Shown piece by piece: positions 47,560-56,701 of a DNA stretch of 64,000 nucleotides. Origin of the DNA: a virus; the IMG/VR virus record IMGVR_UViG_3300009370_001603, positions 58,519-122,518 of that record. One strand, written 5' to 3'. How positions within the stretch are numbered: the stretch's first letter is position 1; the number at the start of each line of letters is the position of its first letter. The notes under the pieces are model-generated. The model saw only the letters and a list, made by a program, of their open reading frames with translations, was not told the origin of the DNA and searched no databases. Made by a program: the position numbers and the translations under genes.

Positions 47560-49536
47560 TCAGTATAAATTTTCCATATTATCGGTGAACCAATTCGGCC
47601 CAGAATACATGTTGCCTTTATTGTCAGTCTTTTCTACCGTTGCGAATCCACCATAGAATTTGTATTCTTCGGGTGTGGGTATCCTAGACAGAGTTCTGGC
47701 TGCCATATTTGCCATTAATAGTGCAGAATAACGGTCTTTCCTAAGCTTGCCCTTTTTGCCTGTTCCAATTACAGTCTCTGGAGTATCCCACTTATCTCTA
47801 CCTGTAGGAGTTTGGGTTATCTGTATCATTGTAAGTTCATCCTTAAGGTCTTCAATTTCCATAACGCACTGCTCCAGTGTGTCGAAATTTCTACCTTTTA
47901 GGCCGTCTTCAGCATTAGCAATGCCCAGACTGATCGTGTCGAACATTGGAAATAAGAGAACTTTATCCTCAAAGTCTTTTCTCATCCCGTGGTTGGCTTC
48001 AGCGAGCCAATCGTACTTTGAAAACTGACACATTTCTAGTATATGAAGTCCTCTTTCGTCGTCCGTGTCCTTTGGTTTGTCGTCATCTATCGTTGGCCAT
48101 ATTGCAAGTTCATCTGGCTGTATTTTATCCTTATCGTGAAGAGATTCCATTACGGCTATACCACCACCTCCGGCGTCCATAGATATATGTATGCATGGGA
48201 ATATTCTCATTAAATCTCTAATTTTTCTGGCGCAATAAGAATAGAAATCAGTTTCTGAAGAGAACCCGCTTTTTACCTTTTCTTTGTGTTGCTCTCGATT
48301 GGTAGTCCAGCAGTGTACTATTTTACGATGATCTAGACCAACTTCTAGAACTACAATGCTAAAATTATCGACCTCTGAAGCTGGATCGACGCCATATATA
48401 TACTTTTTGTTGGAATCCCCACGTAGCTGGGCTTGAAAGCACACCTCTTTGTCCTCAGAGTCTTTTAGCCTTCCGTCGTCACTCGTTACGCAGCTTTCTA
48501 TTAAGGTACGCTTGAAGAAGCCGTGAGAATCGCGTGTAAAGCACGCTCCGTATTCCATCTGATAAATTCCAGCATGAACCGTAGCTTTTGATCTGGCGAC
48601 CTGTGAGGCGTCCATGAAGCCCTCTGGCAAAAGTTCGTAGGGGACTCTTATAATTGAATAATCTTCCCAATTAAAATCTCGCGGTGGATCTTCCCCGAAA
48701 ATTTCTTTTAGCCTCCCGGCTTTCCCTTGGCTTTGTATGATAGACTTCCATTTTTTCCAGTATTCAGCGAAATGATTGAAGTCATAATAGGCGGTGCCGG
48801 ATATAATTATTTGGTTGTCAATTTTCCTTAGTGTGTCCTCATTGTTCGAAATCATCTCTATACCAAGCTCGGCGGCCTTTTTTTCAGACGCTATTCTTTT
48901 AACATTTTCAATTGGGTCGGAGCTAACGGCGGCAAAACCTGCAACAACCGTTTCGAAAATTTCTCTCGGGATACTTCCGAATTCATCACCGATAATATCA
49001 TTTGCGCGTTGACCACGAATTTTCTGACCGTCACCTAGGGGTAGGCAGGTAACGCGAGACTTGTTAATTCGCATTACACATCTATCCACGTCTCTGCGTG
49101 GGCCACTGCTAGCATCGCACATGCTTCTCAAGATTGGGGCGTTGTTCCAGATGGTCTCCATATACTCAAACAATACCTTAGATTGACGAAAGGCAGCTCC
49201 AACAACCACCACTTTTCTTTCTGGCATTATCAACGCTCTCATCATTGCATATAAAGATAGTATAAAAGATTTCCCAAAACCACGACTCGCTATAAGCATT
49301 GGGAACTTGCGATTCCACATCTCATATAGAAATAGAGCTTGAGACGGTAAGAGGGTAATATTAAATATATGCTTGCATAGAAAAGAGAAGTACTCTGGTC
49401 TAGTCATGAGCCAAAGTATCTTGTAATGTGCGTTGTCTTCGCTAAACTTTATAATATCAAACGGATTTGAAAGATCAGACTCTTTTATTCCGTCAATATT
49501 TAACCAAGCGTCATTTAGTTTTTTTAGTTTGCTCAT
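47560..49536 (-). CDS. terL: Terminase large subunit
   Basis: Walker A ASRGFGKS, Walker B IIGDE, motif III ISGTA, RNase H-like YGVDPA and KDRYSA. Confidence 0.93.
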   Translation of the reverse strand: MSKLKKLNDAWLNIDGIKESDLSNPFDIIKFSEDNAHYKILWLMTRPEYFSFLCKHIFNITLLPSQALFLYEMWNRKFPMLIASRGFGKSFILSLYAMMRALIMPERKVVVVGAAFRQSKVLFEYMETIWNNAPILRSMCDASSGPRRDVDRCVMRINKSRVTCLPLGDGQKIRGQRANDIIGDEFGSIPREIFETVVAGFAAVSSDPIENVKRIASEKKAAELGIEMISNNEDTLRKIDNQIIISGTAYYDFNHFAEYWKKWKSIIQSQGKAGRLKEIFGEDPPRDFNWEDYSIIRVPYELLPEGFMDASQVARSKATVHAGIYQMEYGACFTRDSHGFFKRTLIESCVTSDDGRLKDSEDKEVCFQAQLRGDSNKKYIYGVDPASEVDNFSIVVLEVGLDHRKIVHCWTTNREQHKEKVKSGFSSETDFYSYCARKIRDLMRIFPCIHISMDAGGGGIAVMESLHDKDKIQPDELAIWPTIDDDKPKDTDDERGLHILEMCQFSKYDWLAEANHGMRKDFEDKVLLFPMFDTISLGIANAEDGLKGRNFDTLEQCVMEIEDLKDELTMIQITQTPTGRDKWDTPETVIGTGKKGKLRKDRYSALLMANMAARTLSRIPTPEEYKFYGGFATVEKTDNKGNMYSGPNWFTDNMENLY

Positions 49537-49985
49537 ATTTTTGTTTTGAATATATAATCAGTCCAAAGGAAAACCACCCCAAAGTTTTTTGATGGTCTTC
49601 TATGATGTTTAAGGTGATGGTCTTTAGCTTTATGGTAATATTCTGTTTTGGTTATCCAGTGATCCTTGATGTCGTGAATCGCCCTATGCATATGTGTCCA
49701 TACATACGAGTGATAATAAAATATAGCCAAAAGGCAAAGCGTTGACGTTAAGCCAAAATAAGTAGATGCTAATATTAAAGGTGAACCAAGTGTAAGGTGT
49801 ATGTAAAAAGGTAAGTCTATATTTAGATCGTGTCGGTTGTCGCGGTGGTGGTAGATAGCGTGGTGTTTCCAGATCCACTCTGGGATTATTACCAGTTTTT
49901 TGTGCATCGTATATCTGTGTATAAGGTATTCTGCGAATGCCATTACAAAATACCATATTGTTAACCAAGCTAAAATCTCATACAT
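49533..49985 (-). CDS. Fatty acid hydroxylase/sterol desaturase family membrane di-metal enzyme
   Basis: His boxes EYLIHRYTMH, HHAIYHH, HMHRAIH, HHLKHH, then NFGV..W.D; hydrophobic segments. Confidence 0.85.
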   Translation of the reverse strand: MYEILAWLTIWYFVMAFAEYLIHRYTMHKKLVIIPEWIWKHHAIYHHRDNRHDLNIDLPFYIHLTLGSPLILASTYFGLTSTLCLLAIFYYHSYVWTHMHRAIHDIKDHWITKTEYYHKAKDHHLKHHRRPSKNFGVVFLWTDYIFKTKI

Positions 49986-49994
49986 GCTTACCCT

Positions 49995-50666
49995 TTATTT
50001 TAGATCACTTATATTTTGACATTTCCTAGTATTTAATACGCAGTCGGCAAGGCCATAATATACGGCCTCGTTGGCGTCCAGATACCAATCTCCATCCTTT
50101 AATTTCCTCTTTAGGTAGTTCCTTACTTTTTCCTCTGTTGCGTTCGTGTAATGTTCTTTGAAGTGCTTACCTTTAACGCAGACATCCGTATAGATATCGA
50201 GCATCTTGTCGGTCATTTTCTTTTCAAAGACAGCTCCCTTTTGTACATCAAGATAATTGCCGCTATACTCACTAGCGCCAAAGTGACACATAAAGTAGGC
50301 GTTTGGAGTCATGACTCTATTGTCCGCAGATTGAAGTATTACACTACTCATTGATTCCGCTTGCCCATAGGCAATGATTGTCACGTAAGACTGACAAAGC
50401 AATATAGCATCGTATATGGCCATTCCATCACCCCAATTACCACCAACACTATGCATATGTATAATAATTGGATCTTGACTAATTGAATCAAGAATTCTGA
50501 TGTTTTTATACAGATTGGTTGACATCCTATAGTCTACTCCGGGATCTTCGTCGGTATTACCTACATAGCCGTGTAAATAAATCTCTCTGTTTGTAACATC
50601 TAGCCCGTGACCATGGGTGTCAGATATGGTGTCTACGCTAATTTGCATCATCGCCTCCTGAGTCAT
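49995..50666 (-). CDS. ClpP-like protease
   Basis: REIYL, IIIHMHSVGG, AIYDAI, GQAESMSSVILQ (catalytic Ser), FMCH, DWYLDANEAVYYGLAD. Confidence 0.88.
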   Translation of the reverse strand: MTQEAMMQISVDTISDTHGHGLDVTNREIYLHGYVGNTDEDPGVDYRMSTNLYKNIRILDSISQDPIIIHMHSVGGNWGDGMAIYDAILLCQSYVTIIAYGQAESMSSVILQSADNRVMTPNAYFMCHFGASEYSGNYLDVQKGAVFEKKMTDKMLDIYTDVCVKGKHFKEHYTNATEEKVRNYLKRKLKDGDWYLDANEAVYYGLADCVLNTRKCQNISDLK

Positions 50667-51150
50667 ATAGCTCGTTTACTCTTTTTAAGATACTGAGAAC
50701 AGCCCACTTGGCATGTTTCTTGCAATCGCAAAACATTACGTGTATATCGTCACGCATTTGAAATTCCATTATTCGTCTAAGCATGAATTTGTTTGTTACT
50801 TTTAGTTTCCCCCAGTCTTCTTCTGGTATTCCAGACCGTTCGGGGAAATCCATCAAGTCAGACAAAGAAAACTCTAAGACCAAGAATCTATGGGGAAAGG
50901 ATTTCATTCTTTCTATTTCGTTTGTAAATCTAACCATGTCGTGACCAATATTGTTAGCAAATTCGACAACGCTGGCCTTTCTCTCGATACACACCTTATC
51001 CTCTAGTCCCTCTAGGCTATAATCTCCGGTATCTAACTTTCTGACTACCATGCCCTTGCATTTATGGTATCTTGAGCTGCTAGGCTCAAAGGTGTATCCC
51101 TCTTGTTCTCTAGTATCTTTTATTATTGTAAACGGTTGTATTTTAGGCAT
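50638..51150 (-). CDS. ERCC4/XPF-like nuclease
   Basis: IIKDTREQ, LDTGDYS, VCIERKA, RF.NEIERM. Confidence 0.88.
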   Translation of the reverse strand: MPKIQPFTIIKDTREQEGYTFEPSSSRYHKCKGMVVRKLDTGDYSLEGLEDKVCIERKASVVEFANNIGHDMVRFTNEIERMKSFPHRFLVLEFSLSDLMDFPERSGIPEEDWGKLKVTNKFMLRRIMEFQMRDDIHVMFCDCKKHAKWAVLSILKRVNELYDSGGDDAN

Positions 51151-51409
51151 TTTTTCGACTCACTATTTGGCGGAATAAAGATTCATAAAAGGTTTCGTTT
51201 CTGTTTACTTCTTTGTGACATCTGGCGCAAAGTGTTATACCATTTTCTGTCTCAAATCGTAAAGAAGACGCTGAAGACCACTTTCTTATGTGGTGTACTT
51301 GTAGATATTTCTTATGTTTGCATTGTGGCATCTGACATTTATAACCATCTCTTGCTAAGACCTTCTTTCTCCACTCTTTATATACTGGATCTTCGTAATT
51401 TCTTTTCAC
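51143..51409 (-). CDS. HNH endonuclease
   Basis: WRKKVLARDGYKCQ..C..LQVHHI..NGITLCARCH. Confidence 0.9.
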   Translation of the reverse strand: MKRNYEDPVYKEWRKKVLARDGYKCQMPQCKHKKYLQVHHIRKWSSASSLRFETENGITLCARCHKEVNRNETFYESLFRQIVSRKNA

Positions 51410-51648
51410 GGTGTAAACATTTTCTTAATTGAAACGTCGGCCAAGATATCTTTCATCTCTCCGGCCATTTCGGGTTCCTGTTGTAGTATTAATCCTGCAA
51501 GCTTGTAGTAGCACTTGTAACATGCGTCATCAGGGTTTTCAGCCTCAACAAAAATTATAGGATTGTCGCTATTAAATTCTTTTAGGGATATTTTTCTTAG
51601 TCTGGAAATTACCAGTGAAAGATCTAGGGTTATCTTGTAAAGTTTCAT
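51406..51648 (-). CDS. Hypothetical protein
   Basis: 80 aa; overlaps neighbours by 4 bp on both sides. Confidence 0.7.
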   Translation of the reverse strand: MKLYKITLDLSLVISRLRKISLKEFNSDNPIIFVEAENPDDACYKCYYKLAGLILQQEPEMAGEMKDILADVSIKKMFTP

Positions 51649-52718
51649 CTTTTGTCGTGGTCTACCATCATTTTGACCAAGTCGTCAAACGAGTTTCGTG
51701 GTTCCCAGCCTAATTTGTTGCGAGCTTTTTCGTTTTGACCTCTTAGGTAATCTACTTCTGCTGGCCTATAGAACTCTGGGTCTTGAACTACAAGCTCAGA
51801 CCAGTCTCCCACGCCAATATGTTTAAATGCCACGTCTAGGAACTCACGAATAGTATGTGTATTACCGGTGCAGATGACATAATCTTCTGGACTGTCCTGT
51901 TGAAGCATCATCCACATCGCCTCCACGTAATCTCCCGCATACCCCCAGTCACGAAATGCTTCCAAGTTTCCTAAACGTAGCTTTGGAAAAGTTTTGACCT
52001 CATTATATTCTACTCTATATAACAAATTGGGATCTGGCTCGAAGGTAATCTCGTGAACTCCGGGTGTGAGTCTTACACCCCCTTGTCTCCATTTGTGATA
52101 TTCTCCAATCCACTTTGTTATTTTTCTTGTTACAAAGGATTCTCCGCGTCTTGGACCCTCGTGATTAAATAGTATGCCAGCACTCGCGTGTAAGCCGTAG
52201 CCTTCACGGTATAATCTTGTTATGTAGTGGGCGGCGCACTTAGCTATAGCGTAAGGAGACTGGGGTAGAAACTTAGTATTTTCGTTTTGATACTTGTTTT
52301 GTTCTCTATCGATGTCGTAGCTTTTTCCAAACATCTCGCTACTACTAGCTTGATAGAATCTGACCCCTAACATTTCGCGGTCAACTATGGATTGTAAGAT
52401 ATTGAGACAACCTTTACCCGTTATATCCCAAGTCAAGGCTGGCTGCTTAAAAGACACTGCTACATGGCTTTGAGCGGCTAAATTGTAGATTTCATCTACA
52501 TCAGCGTGTTCTTTTAGAATGTTATTGATAGAATGCGCATCGGTGATGTCGCCCTGAATTAACTTGAGTCTTTTATCATCAAGAATATGTTTGATTCTCT
52601 CTGTATTATCAGTGCTAGACCTTCTGCATACACCAACAACTTGATAGTTCTTCTCTAGTAATAGGTCGGCCAGATGGCTACCGTCTTGTCCTGTTATTCC
52701 GAAAATAATAGCTTTCAT
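51645..52718 (-). CDS. gmd: GDP-mannose 4,6-dehydratase
   Basis: GITGQDGS, YNLAAQSHV, FYQASSSEMFG, SPYAIAK, ILFNHE.PRRGE.FVTRKI, RDWG, RPAEVD.L. Confidence 0.96.
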   Translation of the reverse strand: MKAIIFGITGQDGSHLADLLLEKNYQVVGVCRRSSTDNTERIKHILDDKRLKLIQGDITDAHSINNILKEHADVDEIYNLAAQSHVAVSFKQPALTWDITGKGCLNILQSIVDREMLGVRFYQASSSEMFGKSYDIDREQNKYQNENTKFLPQSPYAIAKCAAHYITRLYREGYGLHASAGILFNHEGPRRGESFVTRKITKWIGEYHKWRQGGVRLTPGVHEITFEPDPNLLYRVEYNEVKTFPKLRLGNLEAFRDWGYAGDYVEAMWMMLQQDSPEDYVICTGNTHTIREFLDVAFKHIGVGDWSELVVQDPEFYRPAEVDYLRGQNEKARNKLGWEPRNSFDDLVKMMVDHDKR

Positions 52719-52729
52719 TGTTTTCCTTG

Positions 52730-53266
52730 TTAATTTAAAAATAAAACTTTACCCTGATTGGACAGTTCCTTTATGATCTTATACTCTTCTTTTGGGTTGT
52801 GTAGTTTACCTCTTGTTTCATTATCTGCGTAGTGGTGTTTTTCTCTTTCCCACCAGTCAAAACCTGTAATAAAAACTTGACCAAACCTTTCCATCATCAT
52901 ATATATTGCTATCAGACCGGTGCTAGGCGCCCTAACGGGTATACTTCTAACAAACGCCCTGTCTGTTTTATGGCAATACTTACCCGCGAATCCGCAGGGG
53001 TATTTGTTTTCAGAAAGCTTATGGTAAATCTTGCATTTGCTCTTATCCCATTCCCAGCTATGAACAATAATTTCGTCAAAGGTCTCCATGTCTGCCATGT
53101 GTGAAGCGTTGACAGTAAACCATATGTTTGTTTTTGTACCAGTGTAGTCCTCGTAGCCATCCAGTTTGAAACTGTTGAATCTTAATACTGTGTCGAACCC
53201 ATCAATTTTGTATCCATTTTTATTATCTGTTATAGATGTTCCATTGCCCACTATAACTAGACTCAT
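52730..53266 (-). CDS. Glycosyltransferase family 29 (sialyltransferase-like) protein
   Basis: Sialylmotif-like VIVGNG..GYKIDGFDTVLRFN..GTKT, PSTG, ITGFD, HHY, H....E. Confidence 0.75.
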   Translation of the reverse strand: MSLVIVGNGTSITDNKNGYKIDGFDTVLRFNSFKLDGYEDYTGTKTNIWFTVNASHMADMETFDEIIVHSWEWDKSKCKIYHKLSENKYPCGFAGKYCHKTDRAFVRSIPVRAPSTGLIAIYMMMERFGQVFITGFDWWEREKHHYADNETRGKLHNPKEEYKIIKELSNQGKVLFLN

Positions 53267-53267
53267 A

Positions 53268-53876
53268 TTATTTTTTCTCCATCTTCAACGCTATTTCTCT
53301 ATGATGAAATCTGTCTTTACTCTTAATGACCGTAAAATGTTTATTAATGAAGCTAAAAAAATCTGACCTGCTATCTATTCCGGGATGTCCAACATGAGGA
53401 GTAGAGCTAAGATCCGTTCCTAAGAGAACCAATCCCCCTTTTTTGGAATACAGGCTAATATTCTCTAATATCTGTCTCCAGTCATAGGTGTGGTCTAATA
53501 CGTTCCAGCAGTGAACATAATCGCACTTATCGACTAAGTTTTCCACCAGTTGCTCCGCCGGTTGAGAATAGAGGAGGGGCTTATTCTCCCAGTGGGGCTT
53601 CATTCTGTCTACCTCTAGAAAATCATTTAATAGGGGGTCAAGGTGGTGAACTGTTCCTTCGTTGAACCAATCTAGACAGGGTCGAGATCCACATCCAATA
53701 TCTACCAAGATATCTTCGTTAGTAAAGTAGGATGGTGTGAGTTCCATGAATTCAATGAAGACTTTATCCCACTGATTGTTCCAAGATGCATCATTCCACC
53801 TGAAGTTTGAGTTTTGGTGGTATCTAAGCTCCCATGGTTGATGGGTATTTCGCCATTCATGTTTGGTATTCATCAT
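53268..53876 (-). CDS. Class I SAM-dependent methyltransferase
   Basis: LVDIGCG, LDPL, AEQL, DYVHCWNVLDH, KKGG. Confidence 0.85.
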   Translation of the reverse strand: MMNTKHEWRNTHQPWELRYHQNSNFRWNDASWNNQWDKVFIEFMELTPSYFTNEDILVDIGCGSRPCLDWFNEGTVHHLDPLLNDFLEVDRMKPHWENKPLLYSQPAEQLVENLVDKCDYVHCWNVLDHTYDWRQILENISLYSKKGGLVLLGTDLSSTPHVGHPGIDSRSDFFSFINKHFTVIKSKDRFHHREIALKMEKK

Positions 53877-53882
53877 TTTAGC

Positions 53883-54701
53883 TTAATCCTTCACTGTGTC
53901 CGGTGTTAGGAAGGGCTGATCTACCATTTCGTCTTGAAACTTATGAAACTCACTGAGTCTTTTCTTTTCTTTATCCATAGCCATCCTCATCTTTTCCATC
54001 TCAACCCCATAGGATTTTGTTACATCTGGGTTTGACACAAGATATGCCATCCAGCCAGAGAAACTAGTCTTGCTATCTTCAAATCTTTTAACTCTCTGCT
54101 CTCTTGTTGCTTTCATCTCTTTGAGCATCGAGTTCTTCTTGGTTTGTAGCTCTCTATAGTCTTTATTCAATGATTCCTGTGAGGCCTTCAGTGAGGCTAC
54201 CTGTCGCTCCATGTTAAATATATGGTCTAGGTCATGATCTGGCTCTAATGCTCTCTCGGTAGCGATCAGGGTGTCTAGGGCGGATATCTGCTCTATATTA
54301 TCTTTATTATGTTTAAGAGATCTGTTCATGAGTAGTTCTAGCTTAATTAAATCTACAACTTGAAGTTCTTCTGTAGGTATGACATCATCTTTGAACTGAG
54401 AAATAATCCTCGCCCAGTGGTATTGGAATAATTTTAGCTCATCTTCTGTAAATTGTTGCTTTAGCTCCACCCAATATGGCCTAAACTCTAAATCAAAGCG
54501 AGCTTTTTCTTCATCAGTTATATCACTAAGCCATACTGGGGATTTCATTTCGCCCTTGGCTATTTTTTTCTTTATGAAACCGAGAACACTGTCTGGATCT
54601 CGGTCTAGCTCGGTTGATATTTGATCTAAACCGAAATCAATGCTCTCTTTTATGAATTTCTCTTCTTCTTTAGAGATTCTGCCCTTCTTCATGGTATCCA
54701 T
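53883..54701 (-). CDS. Hypothetical protein with N-terminal HTH-like segment and coiled coil (terminase small subunit candidate)
   Basis: GRISKEEEKFI..QISTELDRDPDSV is HTH-like, followed by a long coiled coil. The TerS call is speculative. Confidence 0.45.
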   Translation of the reverse strand: MDTMKKGRISKEEEKFIKESIDFGLDQISTELDRDPDSVLGFIKKKIAKGEMKSPVWLSDITDEEKARFDLEFRPYWVELKQQFTEDELKLFQYHWARIISQFKDDVIPTEELQVVDLIKLELLMNRSLKHNKDNIEQISALDTLIATERALEPDHDLDHIFNMERQVASLKASQESLNKDYRELQTKKNSMLKEMKATREQRVKRFEDSKTSFSGWMAYLVSNPDVTKSYGVEMEKMRMAMDKEKKRLSEFHKFQDEMVDQPFLTPDTVKD

Positions 54702-55194
54702 GCTCCTCTAAAATCTCTGTAATCATATCGATAATCTCTTCTCTACGTTGTTTTGTCACATAAACATCATTAATTATCTTTAAGTAGTCCATTCGTACTT
54801 GGGCAGGAAGGTATTTATTAACTAAATCAACAATATTTTTATTGTCTATGTCATTATATGAGATAGAGTACTTCTTTTTGCTGTCAATTATTGTGCCCTC
54901 ATAGTCTAGCTGCGCTGGTTGCAAGACTTTCACCCTATCTTCATCAGATCCACTAACAAAATGATTGTCTCTAACGAAGTTTTTGAGTCTATTAGATAAA
55001 TTTACACTGAGGAAGTTTTCAAGAGGGCGATCTTCATCATATCTATGTAGGGCTTCCATACAAATAATAAAGGATTCTTGTTTTATATCATCAATAGTAT
55101 ATCCATAGAAGGTATATCTGGGTGAAATTCTATTGCAGACTAGTGTAATTGTGTCTACAACCTCTTGTTCGGTCATTCCTTTTGGTATATGCAT
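54670..55194 (-). CDS. Phage-encoded sigma-70-family factor (region 2-like)
   Basis: IDDIKQESFIICMEALHRYD..LENFLSVNLSNRLKNFVRD; start MHIPKGM with GGAG RBS. Confidence 0.7.
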   Translation of the reverse strand: MHIPKGMTEQEVVDTITLVCNRISPRYTFYGYTIDDIKQESFIICMEALHRYDEDRPLENFLSVNLSNRLKNFVRDNHFVSGSDEDRVKVLQPAQLDYEGTIIDSKKKYSISYNDIDNKNIVDLVNKYLPAQVRMDYLKIINDVYVTKQRREEIIDMITEILEEHGYHEEGQNL

Positions 55195-55195
55195 G

Positions 55196-55981
55196 TTAGT
55201 TCTCCGTTTTAATCGTCTTCCATTTTGATCCATCAAAGAATTCTAGAGAATTTGTAGATGAATTGAAAATAATAGAGCCTTTTTCTCGGTTTCTCGGTTT
55301 ACTGGGGCGAGATTTCAAGACAACGTGTCCTGTCAGGAGCTTAGATTTATCATTAAGCATTTCAAAGTGCTTTGTAGCAACTAAAATAGGGTCATTATTA
55401 TCTTTTAAAGAGTTAACAACATAATCTGGAGTAAGAATAAAGGATAGATCTTTAGAATCTATGGATTTTATCTCTCCATCAAGCCTACCCAATAGGGAAT
55501 TTTCTGATATTTCTACGGGAGAGGGCGTTAAAGGCTCTGTACTACAGATAACAGAGTGTTCTTTGTAGTATAATTCTATATAATTAGCTGGTATGTATGA
55601 ACCAACGATTAAATAAGTATCGTCTGGGAAATCTAGAGAGCCATCTTCTAAGGTAACAAGATCATCGTCTCCTTGTTGTAATGCTTCTAAAATAACGTCT
55701 CGTACAAGAAAAAAATCCTCTTTATCTCTTTCAACGTGGGCTAAACCCCTTTCAACGTGAATTACTTTCCTAGAGTTTACATCGGTGCTATCACAATTCT
55801 CTATAGTATAGAAAAATTCTACGTCAGGGTTGATTACCTGTCTTAGGCTATGCTCTTCTTGTATGTATCTAGCAAAACGGCTACCAGTATGATCGAGATC
55901 ATCTATATGTAACAGATGTACGCGGCCTTCTTTGACCACGGCTGGGCTTACTGCGAAGTTTTTATTCCGTATCTTGCGCAT
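55196..55981 (-). CDS. Hypothetical protein with C-terminal GSIIFN..LEFFDGSKW motif
   Basis: 261 aa; the C-terminal motif is common in phage fibre/structural proteins. Confidence 0.65.
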   Translation of the reverse strand: MRKIRNKNFAVSPAVVKEGRVHLLHIDDLDHTGSRFARYIQEEHSLRQVINPDVEFFYTIENCDSTDVNSRKVIHVERGLAHVERDKEDFFLVRDVILEALQQGDDDLVTLEDGSLDFPDDTYLIVGSYIPANYIELYYKEHSVICSTEPLTPSPVEISENSLLGRLDGEIKSIDSKDLSFILTPDYVVNSLKDNNDPILVATKHFEMLNDKSKLLTGHVVLKSRPSKPRNREKGSIIFNSSTNSLEFFDGSKWKTIKTEN

Positions 55982-56123
55982 TCTTTATGATTTCCTCTAT
56001 TGGTTTATCCTCTTCCTGCAACTCTGCCTCCACCTCCGCATTGAGGGCAGCGGTAGCTTTACACTCCAGTTCGGTTTCAGCCGTTACATCACAGCTTTCG
56101 TTCTTACAGCACTTCTTTGTCAT
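55962..56123 (-). CDS. 53-aa acidic protein (MTKKCCKNESCDV...)
   Basis: Hand-translated; AAGGAG RBS; first gene of the late arm. Confidence 0.6.
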   Translation of the reverse strand: MTKKCCKNESCDVTAETELECKATAALNAEVEAELQEEDKPIEEIIKNAQDTE

Positions 56124-56149
56124 GATATTCTCCTTTTCTAGGACACTAT

Positions 56150-56158
56150 ATAATACAC
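56150..56158 (-). promoter_or_regulatory. Late promoter motif variant GTGTATTAT
   Basis: 27 bp upstream of ATG 56123. Confidence 0.5.
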
Positions 56159-56219
56159 GGGTGGCACATTTTTTCCAAAAAGGAATTTGAAGTTTTTACG
56201 AAAACAGCTATAATAACAA

Positions 56220-56560
56220 AGACCAATGGTTGAAAAGTGGTCAAATTCAGCAAATATTTGTATAAATCCGTAAAATGGGGCTGTGGTATCGAGTCCAAGT
56301 CCATCTGAATAATAAGTTACTTGAGAGTTTCCAAGAACTCCAAGGCTAGGCAAAAATTGAATCTAGGCACTGTCCCACCATGACAACCTAGTCCTGTGAA
56401 GGCCCTTTAGGGCGAAGTTGCAATAATCGAATTTAAGCATTGAAGACCTAGCTGCTTATTAATCCAACCTAGTACCTGTTGTATTCTTCACAGGTATAAA
56501 TGGTCTTGGTGCGTCTATTGGGCGCTTAGAATCAAGTGGGGGCGATCTAATAATTACATA
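56220..56560 (+). ncRNA. Candidate large structured non-coding RNA
   Basis: TTGAAG-16-TATAAT at 56187-56214, no credible ORF, about 8 stems (see findings), U-tract at ~56563. Confidence 0.4.
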
Positions 56561-56701
56561 CTCTTTTTTATTAGTGAAGTTTAGCTAAGACAACCGTAGA
56601 GTGTGCGGCCAGTTGTGCATGAACCACCCCAGCCTTTTTAGCAATACAAACACAAAAAAACCGTGAAAATAAAACCCCCGCACCCTTTTGGAACAGAAAT
56701 C

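Noticed and set aside
47560-49536. Intein or intron in terminase
   Set aside because: Length and motif spacing are ordinary; no intein splice motifs or frame break.
4546-53366. Numerous plus-strand ORFs of 60-205 aa in the track
   Set aside because: Antisense shadows of long minus-strand genes; no RBS or recognisable motifs.
56277-56640. tmRNA (GGGGCTG start)
   Set aside because: No GATTCGA D-loop, T-arm or CCA acceptor end was found.
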